A DNA stretch of 64,000 nucleotides, from contig JAGATD010000045.1 in the NCBI GenBank assembly GCA_017621415.1, forward strand, positions 9,270 through 73,269, written 5' to 3'. The notes beneath the pieces are model-generated. The model was not told the DNA's origin. It searched no databases and saw only the letters and a program-made list of their open reading frames with translations. The translations under genes were made by a program, and so were the position numbers. Of this stretch, positions 1-9,716 are shown piece after piece; the stretch's first letter is position 1, and the number at the start of each line of letters is the position of its first letter. This stretch comes from Clostridia bacterium. Lineage in GTDB: Bacteria > Bacillota > Clostridia > Oscillospirales > CAG-272.

Positions 1-1230
1 GACAATACCGAGGACCTTAAGAGATACTATCCCACCGACACGCTTGTTACAGGCTACGACATAATCACATTCTGGGTTTCCCGTATGATATTCTCGGGTC
101 TTGAGCATATGAACGAGAAGCCGTTCTCTACCGTATTTATCCACGGTCTTGTAAGAGATGCGCAAGGGCGCAAGATGTCCAAGTCTCTCGGCAACGGCAT
201 TGACCCCTTAAAGGTTATTGAGGAATACGGCGCTGATGCTTTGAGATTTGCGCTTGCGACCGGTAATGCCCCAGGAAACGATATGAGATTCTCTGATGAG
301 AAGATTGAGGCGGCAAGAAACTTTGCAAACAAGCTCTGGAACGCGTCGAGATTTGTGCTTATGAATCTTACCGAGAGTGACGAGGAGCTTCTTGGGGAAG
401 TAGAGGAAGATGAGCTTGCTATCGAGGACAAGTGGATTCTTTCTAAGTTCAACGCTCTTGCAAAAACTGTAAACGATAATGTAGCAAACTACGAGCTCGG
501 TGTTGCTCTGGCTGAGATTTATTCGTTCAGCTGGGATACATTCTGCGACTGGTATATCGAGATGGCAAAGAGCCGTATCTTTGAGGGCGGCGCTCCCGCT
601 CTTACCGCAAAGAGAGTTCTTGTTAAGGTTCTTAGCGGTATATTAAAGCTGCTTCATCCTTATATGCCTTTCATCACCGAGGAAATTTATCAAGCTATAC
701 CTCACAACGGCGAGTCTATTATGATTGCGGAATATCCTGCATTTGACCCTGCTGTTTCCTACAAGGCAGAAGAGACGGATGTTGAGAGAATTATCGGCGC
801 TATAACCGCGATCCGCGCACGCAGAGCTGAAATGAATGTTCCCCCATCGAAGAAGGCAAAGCTCTTTGTTGTTACAAAGTATGAGGACACATTCAAAAAG
901 GCTGAGAAGATGCTTATCAAGCTTGCATCGGCTTCAGAGGTTATAATCACAAACGAATACTCGTCTGACGATGCGGTTATGATTGCTACCGATGCAGGAA
1001 GACTCTACATTCCTCTTGCTGAGGTTATCGACTTTGAAAAGGAAAGAGCAAGACTTACCGCCGAGATGAAGAAGAACGACGGCGAGATTGAGAGAATAGA
1101 AAAGAAGCTTGCAAACGAGGGATTTGTAGCTAAGGCTCCCGCTCAGGTTATTGAGGGCGAAAAGGCTAAGCTTGCAAAATATCTCGAAGTTCGTGAGTCT
1201 CTAAAGATAGCTCTTGCTAAGCTTTCATAA
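1..1230 (+). CDS. valS: valyl-tRNA synthetase, C-terminal part (5' end outside window)
   Basis: Frame 1 is open from nt 1 (DNTEDLKRYYPTDTLVTGYDIITFWVSRM...). It has the class I KMSKS loop (GRKMSKSLGN) and a C-terminal coiled coil typical of ValRS. Confidence 0.9.
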   Translation, partial: DNTEDLKRYYPTDTLVTGYDIITFWVSRMIFSGLEHMNEKPFSTVFIHGLVRDAQGRKMSKSLGNGIDPLKVIEEYGADALRFALATGNAPGNDMRFSDEKIEAARNFANKLWNASRFVLMNLTESDEELLGEVEEDELAIEDKWILSKFNALAKTVNDNVANYELGVALAEIYSFSWDTFCDWYIEMAKSRIFEGGAPALTAKRVLVKVLSGILKLLHPYMPFITEEIYQAIPHNGESIMIAEYPAFDPAVSYKAEETDVERIIGAITAIRARRAEMNVPPSKKAKLFVVTKYEDTFKKAEKMLIKLASASEVIITNEYSSDDAVMIATDAGRLYIPLAEVIDFEKERARLTAEMKKNDGEIERIEKKLANEGFVAKAPAQVIEGEKAKLAKYLEVRESLKIALAKLS

Positions 1231-1233
1231 GAT

Positions 1234-2124
1234 ATGGAAAAGAAAGAAAAAAATATCGAGGAGCTGGTGATTTTCTCTGGCTCCTTTGAGGATATACCCG
1301 AAAACAAAAATATTATAATTCCCGAGGGATTTGAGGAGATTGGCGAGAACGCCTTTCGCGATTTTGAAAATCTTGAGTCAATCGCTCTGCCGAAGAGCTT
1401 AAAAAAGATTTCCGCTTGCGCCTTTTCGGGCTGCAAAAACCTAAAAAAGGTTGTTATGAGCTTCGGTATTGAGGAAATTCTTGACGAGGCATTTTCATCC
1501 TGCCCGTCCCTTACCGAAATTACAATTCCCGACTCGGTAAAAAGAATTGGCGAGGGCTGCTTTGAGGCATGCGCCTCTCTTTCGAGAATTAAGCTTTCAG
1601 AGTCTGTTACCATGATTGGCTCGGGGGCTTTTGCATTCTGCTTTAACCTTACCGATGTAACAATTCCCGACTCCTGTATCCTTGTTGAGTTCAACGCATT
1701 TTCTAACTGCTTTAACCTTGAAGCAATAAAGCTCTCGGACAACATGGGGCTTATTGATGAGTCCACATTTGAGGGCTGTAGGTCGCTAAAAGTGGTAGAT
1801 ATGCCAACAAAACTTGTCAAAATCGGTCGAAGAGCCTTTAAAGGCTGCTCATCTCTTGCAAATCTTATTTTACCGTTTGACGTAAGAAGCATTGGTTTTG
1901 ACGCCTTTGCAGACTGCTCTTCACTCTCACGAATTGCTATCCCCAAGGACCTTTTTGAAATTGAGGATTTTGACATTTTTGGCGGATGCGACACTCTTAG
2001 TGAAATATCCTTTGGCGGAACGAGAGAAAAATGGGAATCCATAATGCACGGACGTGCCCTTACTCTGCAAAAAAGCGACCTTACGGTCGTAACACCTAAA
2101 ATCAGCTTTATGGGGCTTGAATAA
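1234..2124 (+). CDS. leucine-rich repeat protein (BspA/LRR_5-like), no signal peptide
   Basis: Tandem ~23-aa units of pattern IP.SV..IG..AF..C..L repeat throughout the 296 aa. Confidence 0.7.
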   Translation: MEKKEKNIEELVIFSGSFEDIPENKNIIIPEGFEEIGENAFRDFENLESIALPKSLKKISACAFSGCKNLKKVVMSFGIEEILDEAFSSCPSLTEITIPDSVKRIGEGCFEACASLSRIKLSESVTMIGSGAFAFCFNLTDVTIPDSCILVEFNAFSNCFNLEAIKLSDNMGLIDESTFEGCRSLKVVDMPTKLVKIGRRAFKGCSSLANLILPFDVRSIGFDAFADCSSLSRIAIPKDLFEIEDFDIFGGCDTLSEISFGGTREKWESIMHGRALTLQKSDLTVVTPKISFMGLE

Positions 2125-2783
2125 TGAAGTATAAATGTCTTGTACTAGACCACGACGATACTGTGGTAAACAGTACTGCCACAATACACTACCCTTGCTT
2201 TGTCGAATATCTTGAAAAATATTATCCTCATCTTTCAAAAAACTACACCCTGGAGAGCTATTTTGTAAAGAACTTTCACCCGGGTGTTGTCGAGCTTTTT
2301 GTAGACGAGATAGGCATGTCACCGGAAGAGCTTGCCCACGAGGAAGCATACTGGCAGGAGTATGTTAAAGGGCATATTCCGTCGGCTTACGAGGGAATAA
2401 GAGAAATTATTTTTGATTTCAAGAAAGAGGGCGGTATTATTGCCGTTGACTCACATTCATTTACCGAATATATTGTAAGAGACTGGAAGAAAAACTCTCT
2501 TCCCGACCCCCATATAATTTACGGCTGGGATATTCCGAAAAATATGCGAAAGCCGGCTCCTGACACGCTTTTTGACCTTATGAAGAGATTCGACCTTAAG
2601 CCGGAAGAGGTGCTTGTGGTTGATGACCTTAAGCCGGGATATGATATGGCGAAAGGAGCTGGTGTAACCTTTGCTGCGGCAGGCTGGGCTTATAATATTC
2701 CCGAAATTGAAAACTTTATGAGAAAAAATTGTGACTTTTATCTTAAGTCGGTTAGTGATTTAAGAAATATTTTATTTTCATAG
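2124..2783 (+). CDS. HAD-superfamily phosphatase/hydrolase
   Basis: DxDxT nucleophile motif (LVLDHDDTVVNS) and distal VVDDLKPG..GAG motif. The start abuts the upstream stop. Confidence 0.75.
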   Translation: MKYKCLVLDHDDTVVNSTATIHYPCFVEYLEKYYPHLSKNYTLESYFVKNFHPGVVELFVDEIGMSPEELAHEEAYWQEYVKGHIPSAYEGIREIIFDFKKEGGIIAVDSHSFTEYIVRDWKKNSLPDPHIIYGWDIPKNMRKPAPDTLFDLMKRFDLKPEEVLVVDDLKPGYDMAKGAGVTFAAAGWAYNIPEIENFMRKNCDFYLKSVSDLRNILFS

Positions 2784-2837
2784 AATAAAAGCGGTGTAAA
2801 CGAACACCTAGCGTAAAGCAGTTTTTTATTGATATCA

Positions 2838-2866
2838 AAAGGGGCGAGATTTTCTCGTCCCTTTTG
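2838..2866 (+). terminator. rho-independent terminator after the HAD gene
   Basis: GGGGCGAGA-tttt-CTCGTCCC stem-loop followed by CTTTT, about 55 nt after the stop codon. Confidence 0.6.
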
Positions 2867-2926
2867 CACACGACATTTCCCTGCAAGTATAGTGCGTTAT
2901 ACCTTTTCATTTTTCGTGTGGTAATA

Positions 2927-3122
2927 AGTGAAGTTTTCACTAACGTGAAAGTGAAGTTGCAACGCAGTGAAGTTTGTGCTTCGCACAAGTGAAGTTAAGT
3001 TTGCCCACTTTGCCGAAGGCAAAACTTCACTATCCGCAGGATAACTTCACTTACACAGTAAACTTCACTTGCCCGTATGGGCAAACTTAGTTGGGCGACC
3101 TACTTTATCGCGAGTCGCCCAA
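2927..3122. repeat. array of AGTGAAGTT (x4) then inverted AACTTCACT (x3) with interleaved mini-hairpins, closed by a 9-bp hairpin
   Basis: AGTGAAGTT at 2927, 2950, 2966 and 2988; AACTTCACT at 3023, 3043 and 3061. Mini-hairpins are TGTGCttcGCACA, ATCCgcaGGAT and TGCCCgtatGGGCA. TTGGGCGAC(3091)/GTCGCCCAA(3114) is followed by a T-rich run. Confidence 0.8.
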
Positions 3123-3164
3123 AAGCCGCTTTTGTTTTCCCTTTTTGACTATAATTCAGACATC

Positions 3165-3193
3165 TTGACATTAAAGAAGAAAAAGTGTAAAAT
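3165..3193 (+). promoter_or_regulatory. sigma-A type promoter (TTGACA-N17-TAAAAT)
   Basis: TTGACA at 3165-3170, a 17-nt spacer ending in TG, and TAAAAT at 3188-3193, about 50 nt upstream of the next start. Confidence 0.55.
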
Positions 3194-3244
3194 AATACTA
3201 TATAACTATTAATCTATTTTCACATAAAATGTTTGGAGAAATTA

Positions 3245-4177
3245 ATGGCAGAAATTGAGTTAAAGGATTTAAACGAATGGGCGAAGAGTCCTAAAGAGAT
3301 GATAAAAAGAGATGAAGATGTTTATCACGGACGTGTCGGACGTATTGCCGAGTATATTTGCGCTCATGACAGAATACGTCTTGTGCTGCTTGCAGGTCCC
3401 TCCGGTTCAGGAAAGACAACTACCGCAAATCTTATCGCTGACAGGGTGCGTCTTATGGGTGAGGAGGCTATGGTTATCTCTCTTGATGACTTTTACCTCG
3501 ACCACGAAGACCCCTCTTATCCTAAAAACCATCTTGGCAATCATGACTACGAGCGCCCCGAGTCGCTTGATTTAGCGAAACTCGAGACTACTCTCAAAAG
3601 AATTGTTGCGGGCGAGAGCTTTGAAGTTCCGAAATACGATTTTAAACTTGGAAAATGCGTAAGGACCAACCTCCACTCCGCTCTCGGTAAAGGCTGCGTT
3701 GTAATTGAGGGACTTCATGCATTAAACCCCATAATTTCCGAAAGTCTCCCGAAAGACAGAATATTGAAGATTTTTGTCAGTGTTTCAACAAACATAAATC
3801 ACGAGGGCAGCCGTATTCTCTCGGGAAGAAAAATAAGATTTTTACGCAGGATGGTTCGTGACAGTATATACCGCGGAGCCGATGCTTTCCGCACCCTTTC
3901 TATGTGGCGGGGAGTTCTTGAGGCAGAGGACATATATCTATATCCTTTCAAAGCTGCGGCAGACCTTGCATTTGACACATTCCATTCATTTGAGCTTGGC
4001 GCAATGAAAGCCGAGGCAACAAAGCTGCTCGCTCCCGATGTTACCGCATCCTCCGAATACGCAAAAATCGTGCGCTCGGCAATAGAATGCGTAAAGGAAA
4101 TCGACAATGAAAAAATTCCGAGAAATTCGCTGATACGCGAGTTTATTTCGGGCGGAATTTATAATGATATATATTAA
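3245..4177 (+). CDS. uridine kinase/phosphoribulokinase-family nucleoside kinase-like protein
   Basis: P-loop LLAGPSGSGKTTTANL. The ATG at 3245 has GGAG 6 nt upstream; the track start at 3233 is a TTG. Confidence 0.6.
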   Translation: MAEIELKDLNEWAKSPKEMIKRDEDVYHGRVGRIAEYICAHDRIRLVLLAGPSGSGKTTTANLIADRVRLMGEEAMVISLDDFYLDHEDPSYPKNHLGNHDYERPESLDLAKLETTLKRIVAGESFEVPKYDFKLGKCVRTNLHSALGKGCVVIEGLHALNPIISESLPKDRILKIFVSVSTNINHEGSRILSGRKIRFLRRMVRDSIYRGADAFRTLSMWRGVLEAEDIYLYPFKAAADLAFDTFHSFELGAMKAEATKLLAPDVTASSEYAKIVRSAIECVKEIDNEKIPRNSLIREFISGGIYNDIY

Positions 4178-4189
4178 AGGAAACTAAAA

Positions 4190-5317
4190 ATGACAGAGAG
4201 AGAACTAAGAGAAATAAAGCGGCGCTTCAGACCTGAGCGCTCAAATATACCGAGAATTGTCGGCTGCTTTGTCAACGGAGGCGGTCAGATAGTTTCAAAG
4301 ATTTCACAGTCACTTGGGCTTTCAGACGAGGCGGTTAACGAAAAGCTGCTTGGAGTAATGAAAAAAGCCCTCTCGGGAGGTCTCGGGACAAACCTTACCG
4401 AAATGTCCTTTTCTACAAAGGAGGTCTCGGAGGGGGAGGAGCACGCACTTCTTATGCGGCTTAGAAAGTCAGAATTAAAAGACGATGAAGCATTAAATAT
4501 ATTTTATAACAAGGTTATCGGCTCGGTAAAATTTGAGGGCAATTATGTAATTCTTTTGGCTAATGATATATACGATGTGTCAAGCCGCCATTCAGACGGC
4601 GAGGAGGGTGAGAGCTATACCCAGTTCTCTTATATTGTGTGCGCTATATGCCCATTAAAGGACTCGCCCGATACTCTCACATTCAGAGAGGCTGACAGTC
4701 TCTTCCATTCATCGGCGGCGGCATCCCTGCTTTGCCCTCCCGAGATAGGCCTTATGTTCCCGCTCTTTGACGACAGGGCGGCAAACATCTACGGCGCTCT
4801 TTATTACACAAAAAGTGTTGCCGAGAGCTACCCCGATTTTACCGGGAACATTTTCGGCAAGGGCGCTCCGATGCCCCCCAAAGCTCAAAAGGCGACATTC
4901 TCAGGGCTGCTCTCCGACACTCTCGGTGACGAGTGTGACCTTAACCTTGTTCGCTCGGTTCATGCTCAGGTTGCCGAAATGGTAGAGGTACACAAGGAGT
5001 CACGCGACCCCGAGCCACTGGTCATTACAAAATCAACCGCAAAAAGTATACTTGAAAACTGCGGTGTGGGTGAAGAAAGAATAGAAAAATTCTGCAAGGC
5101 ATTTGACGAGGGCTTTGGCAAAAACGCAACTCTTACACCGAAAAACATTGTTTCTCATTCAAAATTTGATGCCGAGATGCCCGAGGTTAAAATTAAGGTA
5201 TCTGCAGACCACCGTGACATTGTTTCTACCCAAGTAATAAACGGCGAAAAATACATAATGATAAAGGTTACAGGCCCTCTTGAGATAAACGGAATAAACG
5301 TAAATATCGACGACTGA
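4190..5317 (+). CDS. DUF4317-like conserved hypothetical protein
   Basis: 375-aa ORF whose N-terminus (EIKRRFRPERSNIPRIVGCFVNG) recalls the DUF4317 family. It is tightly packed after the kinase-like gene. Confidence 0.45.
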   Translation: MTERELREIKRRFRPERSNIPRIVGCFVNGGGQIVSKISQSLGLSDEAVNEKLLGVMKKALSGGLGTNLTEMSFSTKEVSEGEEHALLMRLRKSELKDDEALNIFYNKVIGSVKFEGNYVILLANDIYDVSSRHSDGEEGESYTQFSYIVCAICPLKDSPDTLTFREADSLFHSSAAASLLCPPEIGLMFPLFDDRAANIYGALYYTKSVAESYPDFTGNIFGKGAPMPPKAQKATFSGLLSDTLGDECDLNLVRSVHAQVAEMVEVHKESRDPEPLVITKSTAKSILENCGVGEERIEKFCKAFDEGFGKNATLTPKNIVSHSKFDAEMPEVKIKVSADHRDIVSTQVINGEKYIMIKVTGPLEINGINVNIDD

Positions 5318-5334
5318 AGCTGAGAGGAGAAAAT

Positions 5335-6738
5335 ATGTTTGAAAATATAATTGCAGGAATAAACGATGCTCTGTACACATATATACTGATAATTCTGCTT
5401 GTTGGCGGAGGAATTTATTTTACAGTACGTACAAGGTTTTCACAGTTTGGAATGCTTAAGGAGCAATTCAAAGTAGTTGGCGAGCGCCCATCCGAAAGCG
5501 GCAAGGTCTCCTCATTCCACGCGCTTATGGTTTCCACCGCCTCACGTGTAGGAACAGGAAACATTGTCGGAGTTGCTACCGCCCTTTGTCTTGGCGGATA
5601 CGGCTCGGTTTTCTGGATGTGGGTTATTGCTATTGTGGGCGCTGCCTCGGCATTTGTTGAAAGCACCCTCGCCCAGATTTACAAGAAGAGAGGTGCTGAC
5701 GGCTCATACGGCGGTCCCGCATACTATATTGAATCCGCATTGAAGTGCCGCCCCTTGGCTATTATCTTTTCTATACTGCTTATTGCCACATACGGCATAG
5801 GCTTTAACATGCTGGCTTCATACAATCTGCAGTCAACATTTTCTTCTTATAGCTTTTATACAAAGGATATTACCCCCTGGATAATCGGACTAATCTTAGC
5901 TGTTGTTGTTGGCTACTGCCTTTTCGGCGGAGGCTCAAGAGTTATTAAAATAACCAGTCTTTTGGTACCGTTTATGGGTGTTGCCTACATTCTTGTTGCC
6001 CTTGTTGTTGTTGCTCTTAATATTACCAGCCTGCCGGGAGTTTTCGCCCGCATATTCACCGAGGCATTTGACTTTGGGGCAATATTCGGTGGATTTACAG
6101 GCTCATGTGTTATGTACGGAATAAAGAGAGGTCTGTTCTCTAACGAAGCAGGTGTTGGCTCGGCTCCAAACGCATCTGCCTCAGCAGATGTCTCTCACCC
6201 GGCAAAGCAGGGTCTTGTTCAGGTCCTTTCGGTATTTATTGATACAATTCTTATCTGCTCGGCAACCGCATTTATGTGCCTTTGCTCCGGAGTTGAGCCT
6301 ATACAGGGACTTAAAGACGGAGGTATTTACGTTCAGGCGGCATTGCAAAATACTCTGGGCGACTTTGGCCCCATATTCATTACTGTAGCAATGGTGCTCT
6401 TTGCGTTTACAACACTCCTTGGCAACCTTTATTACGTAAATCAGGCGCTTTCTCACATTCTCGGTCACGAGCCGGGCAAATACTTTAACTATGTTTATTA
6501 TATTATAGCCTCACTCGTCATCTTTGTAGGCGCGGGACTTAGTGCCGGACTGCTTTGGGATATTGCGGATATAACAATGGGTCTTATGGCTCTTATCAAT
6601 ATGCCTACCATAATTATTTTAGGAAAGTATGCTTTCAGAGCGCTTGCCGACTACCGAAGACAGAAAAAGGCAGGATTCTCTCCCGTATTCCACGCAAAGG
6701 ATATAGGGCTGCCCCACGAGGTCGATTATTGGGATTAA
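5335..6738 (+). CDS. alanine/glycine:cation symporter (AGCS family)
   Basis: Polytopic 467-aa protein with the N-terminal GGIYFTVRTRFSQF motif and later GLFSNEAG.GSAP motif typical of sodium:alanine symporters. Confidence 0.85.
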   Translation: MFENIIAGINDALYTYILIILLVGGGIYFTVRTRFSQFGMLKEQFKVVGERPSESGKVSSFHALMVSTASRVGTGNIVGVATALCLGGYGSVFWMWVIAIVGAASAFVESTLAQIYKKRGADGSYGGPAYYIESALKCRPLAIIFSILLIATYGIGFNMLASYNLQSTFSSYSFYTKDITPWIIGLILAVVVGYCLFGGGSRVIKITSLLVPFMGVAYILVALVVVALNITSLPGVFARIFTEAFDFGAIFGGFTGSCVMYGIKRGLFSNEAGVGSAPNASASADVSHPAKQGLVQVLSVFIDTILICSATAFMCLCSGVEPIQGLKDGGIYVQAALQNTLGDFGPIFITVAMVLFAFTTLLGNLYYVNQALSHILGHEPGKYFNYVYYIIASLVIFVGAGLSAGLLWDIADITMGLMALINMPTIIILGKYAFRALADYRRQKKAGFSPVFHAKDIGLPHEVDYWD

Positions 6739-6921
6739 CTAAGATTCTTTAATAAGAACACACCCTGGCTGGGCGGATTTAGAGCAGAAATCGTCGGCTG
6801 ACGAGCGAAAGGTGTACGATGGTACACCGAGTGAGGAAACGGCGATAAAACAAAAAACTTAATAGAAACGGAGAAAACCGCAGGTTTTCAACCTTGATTT
6901 TCTCCCTAAACATAAAAACAC

Positions 6922-6965
6922 ACGGTAGAAGCAGAGATTTTTTCTTTACTTCTACCGTTTTTGTT
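6922..6965. terminator. bidirectional rho-independent terminator
   Basis: ACGGTAGAAG(6922)/CTTCTACCGT(6949) 10-bp stem. A TTTTTG run lies on the + side and an A-run precedes it, between convergent genes. Confidence 0.75.
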
Positions 6966-6988
6966 TGGTTATGCCTAAATGCAGCACC

Positions 6989-7633
6989 TTATTTTGCATA
7001 GAGACTTTCCCATATATCCCTCTCGGGCATTTTGCCCTCGGCTTTGATGCGCCTCACCTCTCGGTCAACAAAGTTCTCAAAGGTTGAGGTAGTAAATATT
7101 TTTCTTCCGTAAACCTCATCCCCGGTAAATGCTACCTTAATCGAGGTTTTTTCCTCGGTAACATAGCTTACTTCACCCGGTGCAGGATTAAAAATAATAA
7201 CCTCTTTAAAGTCCCTTAAGCTAAGCTCGGGGGGAAGAGATATCGGTTCAACTGTTTTTATTTTTCCGCCGACACTAAAGCCTCTGACGGTGAAAAATCT
7301 ACCTCTCGGCGCTCTGAACGTTGCGGTCTTAAAGCGTGAAAACCTTACTGTAAAGCGCTCTGACGCAAAATGAACAACATTGCCCGCACCGCCGCCGTTG
7401 TATGTACGCACAAGGTATATATCCCCCAGAATATCTACCAAAATCTCTGGTTCTCTTGGCACTTTAGCGAGAGAAAGCAGCGGATTTTTCAGCATTTTGA
7501 CACCGACTCCCGAAATCTTTGATATTCGCTTTATGCTTCTTAAAAGATTTATTCTCTTTATAACCAGGGAGCAAAAAACGGCAATCCACGCAAGGATGAC
7601 GACAGTTAAAATAAACTCAATTATTTTTGTCAT
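6989..7633 (-). CDS. hypothetical membrane-anchored protein
   Basis: The track ORF was trimmed to the ATG at 7633 (MTKIIEFILTVVILAWIAVF...), 4 nt after the upstream stop. It has a single N-terminal TM helix. Confidence 0.5.
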   Translation of the reverse strand: MTKIIEFILTVVILAWIAVFCSLVIKRINLLRSIKRISKISGVGVKMLKNPLLSLAKVPREPEILVDILGDIYLVRTYNGGGAGNVVHFASERFTVRFSRFKTATFRAPRGRFFTVRGFSVGGKIKTVEPISLPPELSLRDFKEVIIFNPAPGEVSYVTEEKTSIKVAFTGDEVYGRKIFTTSTFENFVDREVRRIKAEGKMPERDIWESLYAK

Positions 7634-7637
7634 ACCA

Positions 7638-8246
7638 TCACCCCACATACTGAATATCCGAGAGCCAAAGCACTCGCCATATATCAAGGGCGCGAAGTCC
7701 TGCCAAAAGCCTTGATAAAAAGAATAATACAGCCATAAAGAGGTAGCCAAAGACTATTCCGAATGCCTCGCATACTATTCTTGTTGGCTCAAAAGGCATA
7801 TTGATAAGCGACAAGAGTCCCTCGGGCAAAAATCCAAGAAAAGGCAATGCAAAAATATCTATCAGCAAAAGTGGCAGAGGTATCACCGCAGCCGCTAAAA
7901 CATCGGGATAAAAATATCTCGGAAAATAGATAGAAACACCCTCGCCTAAAGTATATTTTCCCTCGGTTTTTGTTATCATATACTCCATTCTCTCGTTATC
8001 AAGCCTTACCGAGGCATAAGAGAGAATAAAAATAGAAACCGCGACGGCTATCACACTTAACGCAAGATAAAAGCGCTCGTAATCCTCACGCTCGTTGACA
8101 AAATTATACTCGGGAACAAGCCTCGGGAACCACTGAAGAAAGGCGGGATAAAGCAGTGAGTTAATTACAAACGAAACGGCACCTAATATGAGAAATGCAA
8201 GACACCATATTAAAAAGCCGATAAATACAGCTCTAAGATACTTCAT
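7638..8246 (-). CDS. hypothetical polytopic membrane protein
   Basis: 202-aa ORF with several hydrophobic helices. No recognisable motif. Confidence 0.5.
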   Translation of the reverse strand: MKYLRAVFIGFLIWCLAFLILGAVSFVINSLLYPAFLQWFPRLVPEYNFVNEREDYERFYLALSVIAVAVSIFILSYASVRLDNERMEYMITKTEGKYTLGEGVSIYFPRYFYPDVLAAAVIPLPLLLIDIFALPFLGFLPEGLLSLINMPFEPTRIVCEAFGIVFGYLFMAVLFFLSRLLAGLRALDIWRVLWLSDIQYVG

Positions 8247-8247
8247 A

Positions 8248-9009
8248 TCAGTACATCTTTATGCAGTTGGATACAGCTATCTCAACGTACATCTCAGGGT
8301 CAAAGTCAATAAGCAGCTCCTGGAAAAAGTCGGTTACAGGCTGCTCGGTAAAGTAGTGGCCGGCTTCAACAAGATTTATGCCCATTTCCGCCGCCTCAAC
8401 CATCATATTATAGCTTATTCTGCCCGAGAGATAGGTGTCCGCACCTGCGTCTATTGCCGACTTTACAAAGTCCTTACCGTCGCCGCCTACCAAAGCAACA
8501 CGCCTTACGGGATTTAACCCGTCGGAGTACCTGACCATATCAGAGCCTAAGGTCTGCTTTACCCTGTAAACGAAGTCCTCAAGAGCTATCTCCTCGTCTA
8601 TCTCTCCTATTCTGCCAAGCTCACCCTCGCCAAAGCTCTCTGCATTAAAGATACCAAGCAGGTCGCAGAGAATGTCGTTTACTCCCCCGACAACCTTATC
8701 AGCTCTTGAATGGAACGAGAAAACGCTGACTCCGCTTTCAATAAGCTTAATAATCTTTCTCGAAACATTACCCGAGTCGGTAACCGAGGATACAGGCTTA
8801 AATATCAGTGGGTGGTGTGAGATGATAAGGTCAAAGCCTCTGTCTATTGCATAATCAACTATCTCCTCGGTTACATCAAGACTGACAAGCACTCGCTTTA
8901 CCTCAGCCTTAGTATCGGGGCAGCACATCATTCCGTCGTTGTCCCAATCCTCACGGAGAGAGGGGGGCATTTTTTCTTCAAGATAGTCGTAAAGCTCCTT
9001 TAAGGTCAT
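8248..9009 (-). CDS. Nif3-family dinuclear metal centre protein (YqfO/YbgI-like)
   Basis: N-terminal EDWDNDG motif and ISHHPLIF motif. Sits next to trmK as in Bacillus yqfN-yqfO. Confidence 0.8.
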   Translation of the reverse strand: MTLKELYDYLEEKMPPSLREDWDNDGMMCCPDTKAEVKRVLVSLDVTEEIVDYAIDRGFDLIISHHPLIFKPVSSVTDSGNVSRKIIKLIESGVSVFSFHSRADKVVGGVNDILCDLLGIFNAESFGEGELGRIGEIDEEIALEDFVYRVKQTLGSDMVRYSDGLNPVRRVALVGGDGKDFVKSAIDAGADTYLSGRISYNMMVEAAEMGINLVEAGHYFTEQPVTDFFQELLIDFDPEMYVEIAVSNCIKMY

Positions 9010-9011
9010 AT

Positions 9012-9716
9012 TTATTTCCTTTCGTTCTTTAAATTACTCACGGCATCTCTTAATCCCGCGAGAAGCTCCTCTTCGGCAGAAGACACAGAACCGCTCTGTT
9101 TTTTTCCCTCGACCATACGCAATGTAGACTTGATTTTACCCTCAAGATAGGCGATTTGAGAACTTTTATTTACAAAATCCAAGTAATTTGTTCCTGTTTC
9201 GGCTTCTGTCTCAGAGAGGGTACGGCGCTCTCCCGTATAGCTTACCAGCATGGCAACATAATGTCTGTGCCCCTCTGAGGAATAGCTTTCATGAGTTATA
9301 CAAAATCCGTTTTCAGCAAGGAATTTGCGCAAATGTGCCTGCCTTGTCATAGGCTGAAGTATCAGGCTCACCCCCGGATTTTTAAGCTCGGGAGCTTTGT
9401 CAACAATTTCGGCAATAAGCTCACCGCCCATACCGCATATTGCATAGCAGTTAATACCCTTGCCCGAAAGAGCCGCAGCTCCGTCAGTAAGGATAAACTC
9501 CATTTTGTCTGAAAGACCGGCTTCTTTAGCATTTCTCTCGGCAGACTCAAGAGGGCCTTTATTTATATCAGAGCATACTGCGCGCTCGATACGCTTTTCT
9601 CTTAGCAAAAAGATAGGCAGGTGCGCGTGGTCAGTACCGATATCGGCAAACACTGCGCCCTGCCCTACAAGCTCTGCGACAGAGAAAAGGCGCGCATTCA
9701 GTGCGCCAAGACTCAT
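9012..9716 (-). CDS. trmK: tRNA (adenine22-N1)-methyltransferase
   Basis: RL..VAELV..GAVFADIGTDHAHLPIFLL N-terminus typical of TrmK/YqfN. Confidence 0.75.
   Translation of the reverse strand: MSLGALNARLFSVAELVGQGAVFADIGTDHAHLPIFLLREKRIERAVCSDINKGPLESAERNAKEAGLSDKMEFILTDGAAALSGKGINCYAICGMGGELIAEIVDKAPELKNPGVSLILQPMTRQAHLRKFLAENGFCITHESYSSEGHRHYVAMLVSYTGERRTLSETEAETGTNYLDFVNKSSQIAYLEGKIKSTLRMVEGKKQSGSVSSAEEELLAGLRDAVSNLKNERK

Noticed and set aside
1143-2042. Long antisense ORFs in the track, e.g. 54-452(-), 1143-2042(-), 12122-12991(-), 23264-23839(+), 27409-28020(+), 42642-43259(-), 52210-52878(-), 53640-54104(-) and 54716-55252(+).
   Set aside because: Each lies entirely opposite a gene with strong family motifs and has low-complexity or biased composition and no RBS. 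They are treated as shadow ORFs.
2927-3122. The repeat array read as a CRISPR locus.
   Set aside because: The units are only 9 nt with 7-27-nt irregular spacers. Half of them are inverted. No cas genes are present anywhere in the window.
7634-7750. The 5' extension of ORF 6989-7750 overlapping the upstream gene by 113 nt.
   Set aside because: An internal ATG at 7633 lies 4 nt after the upstream stop, with GGGGTGA as the RBS, and begins a plausible TM anchor. The longer form is unlikely.
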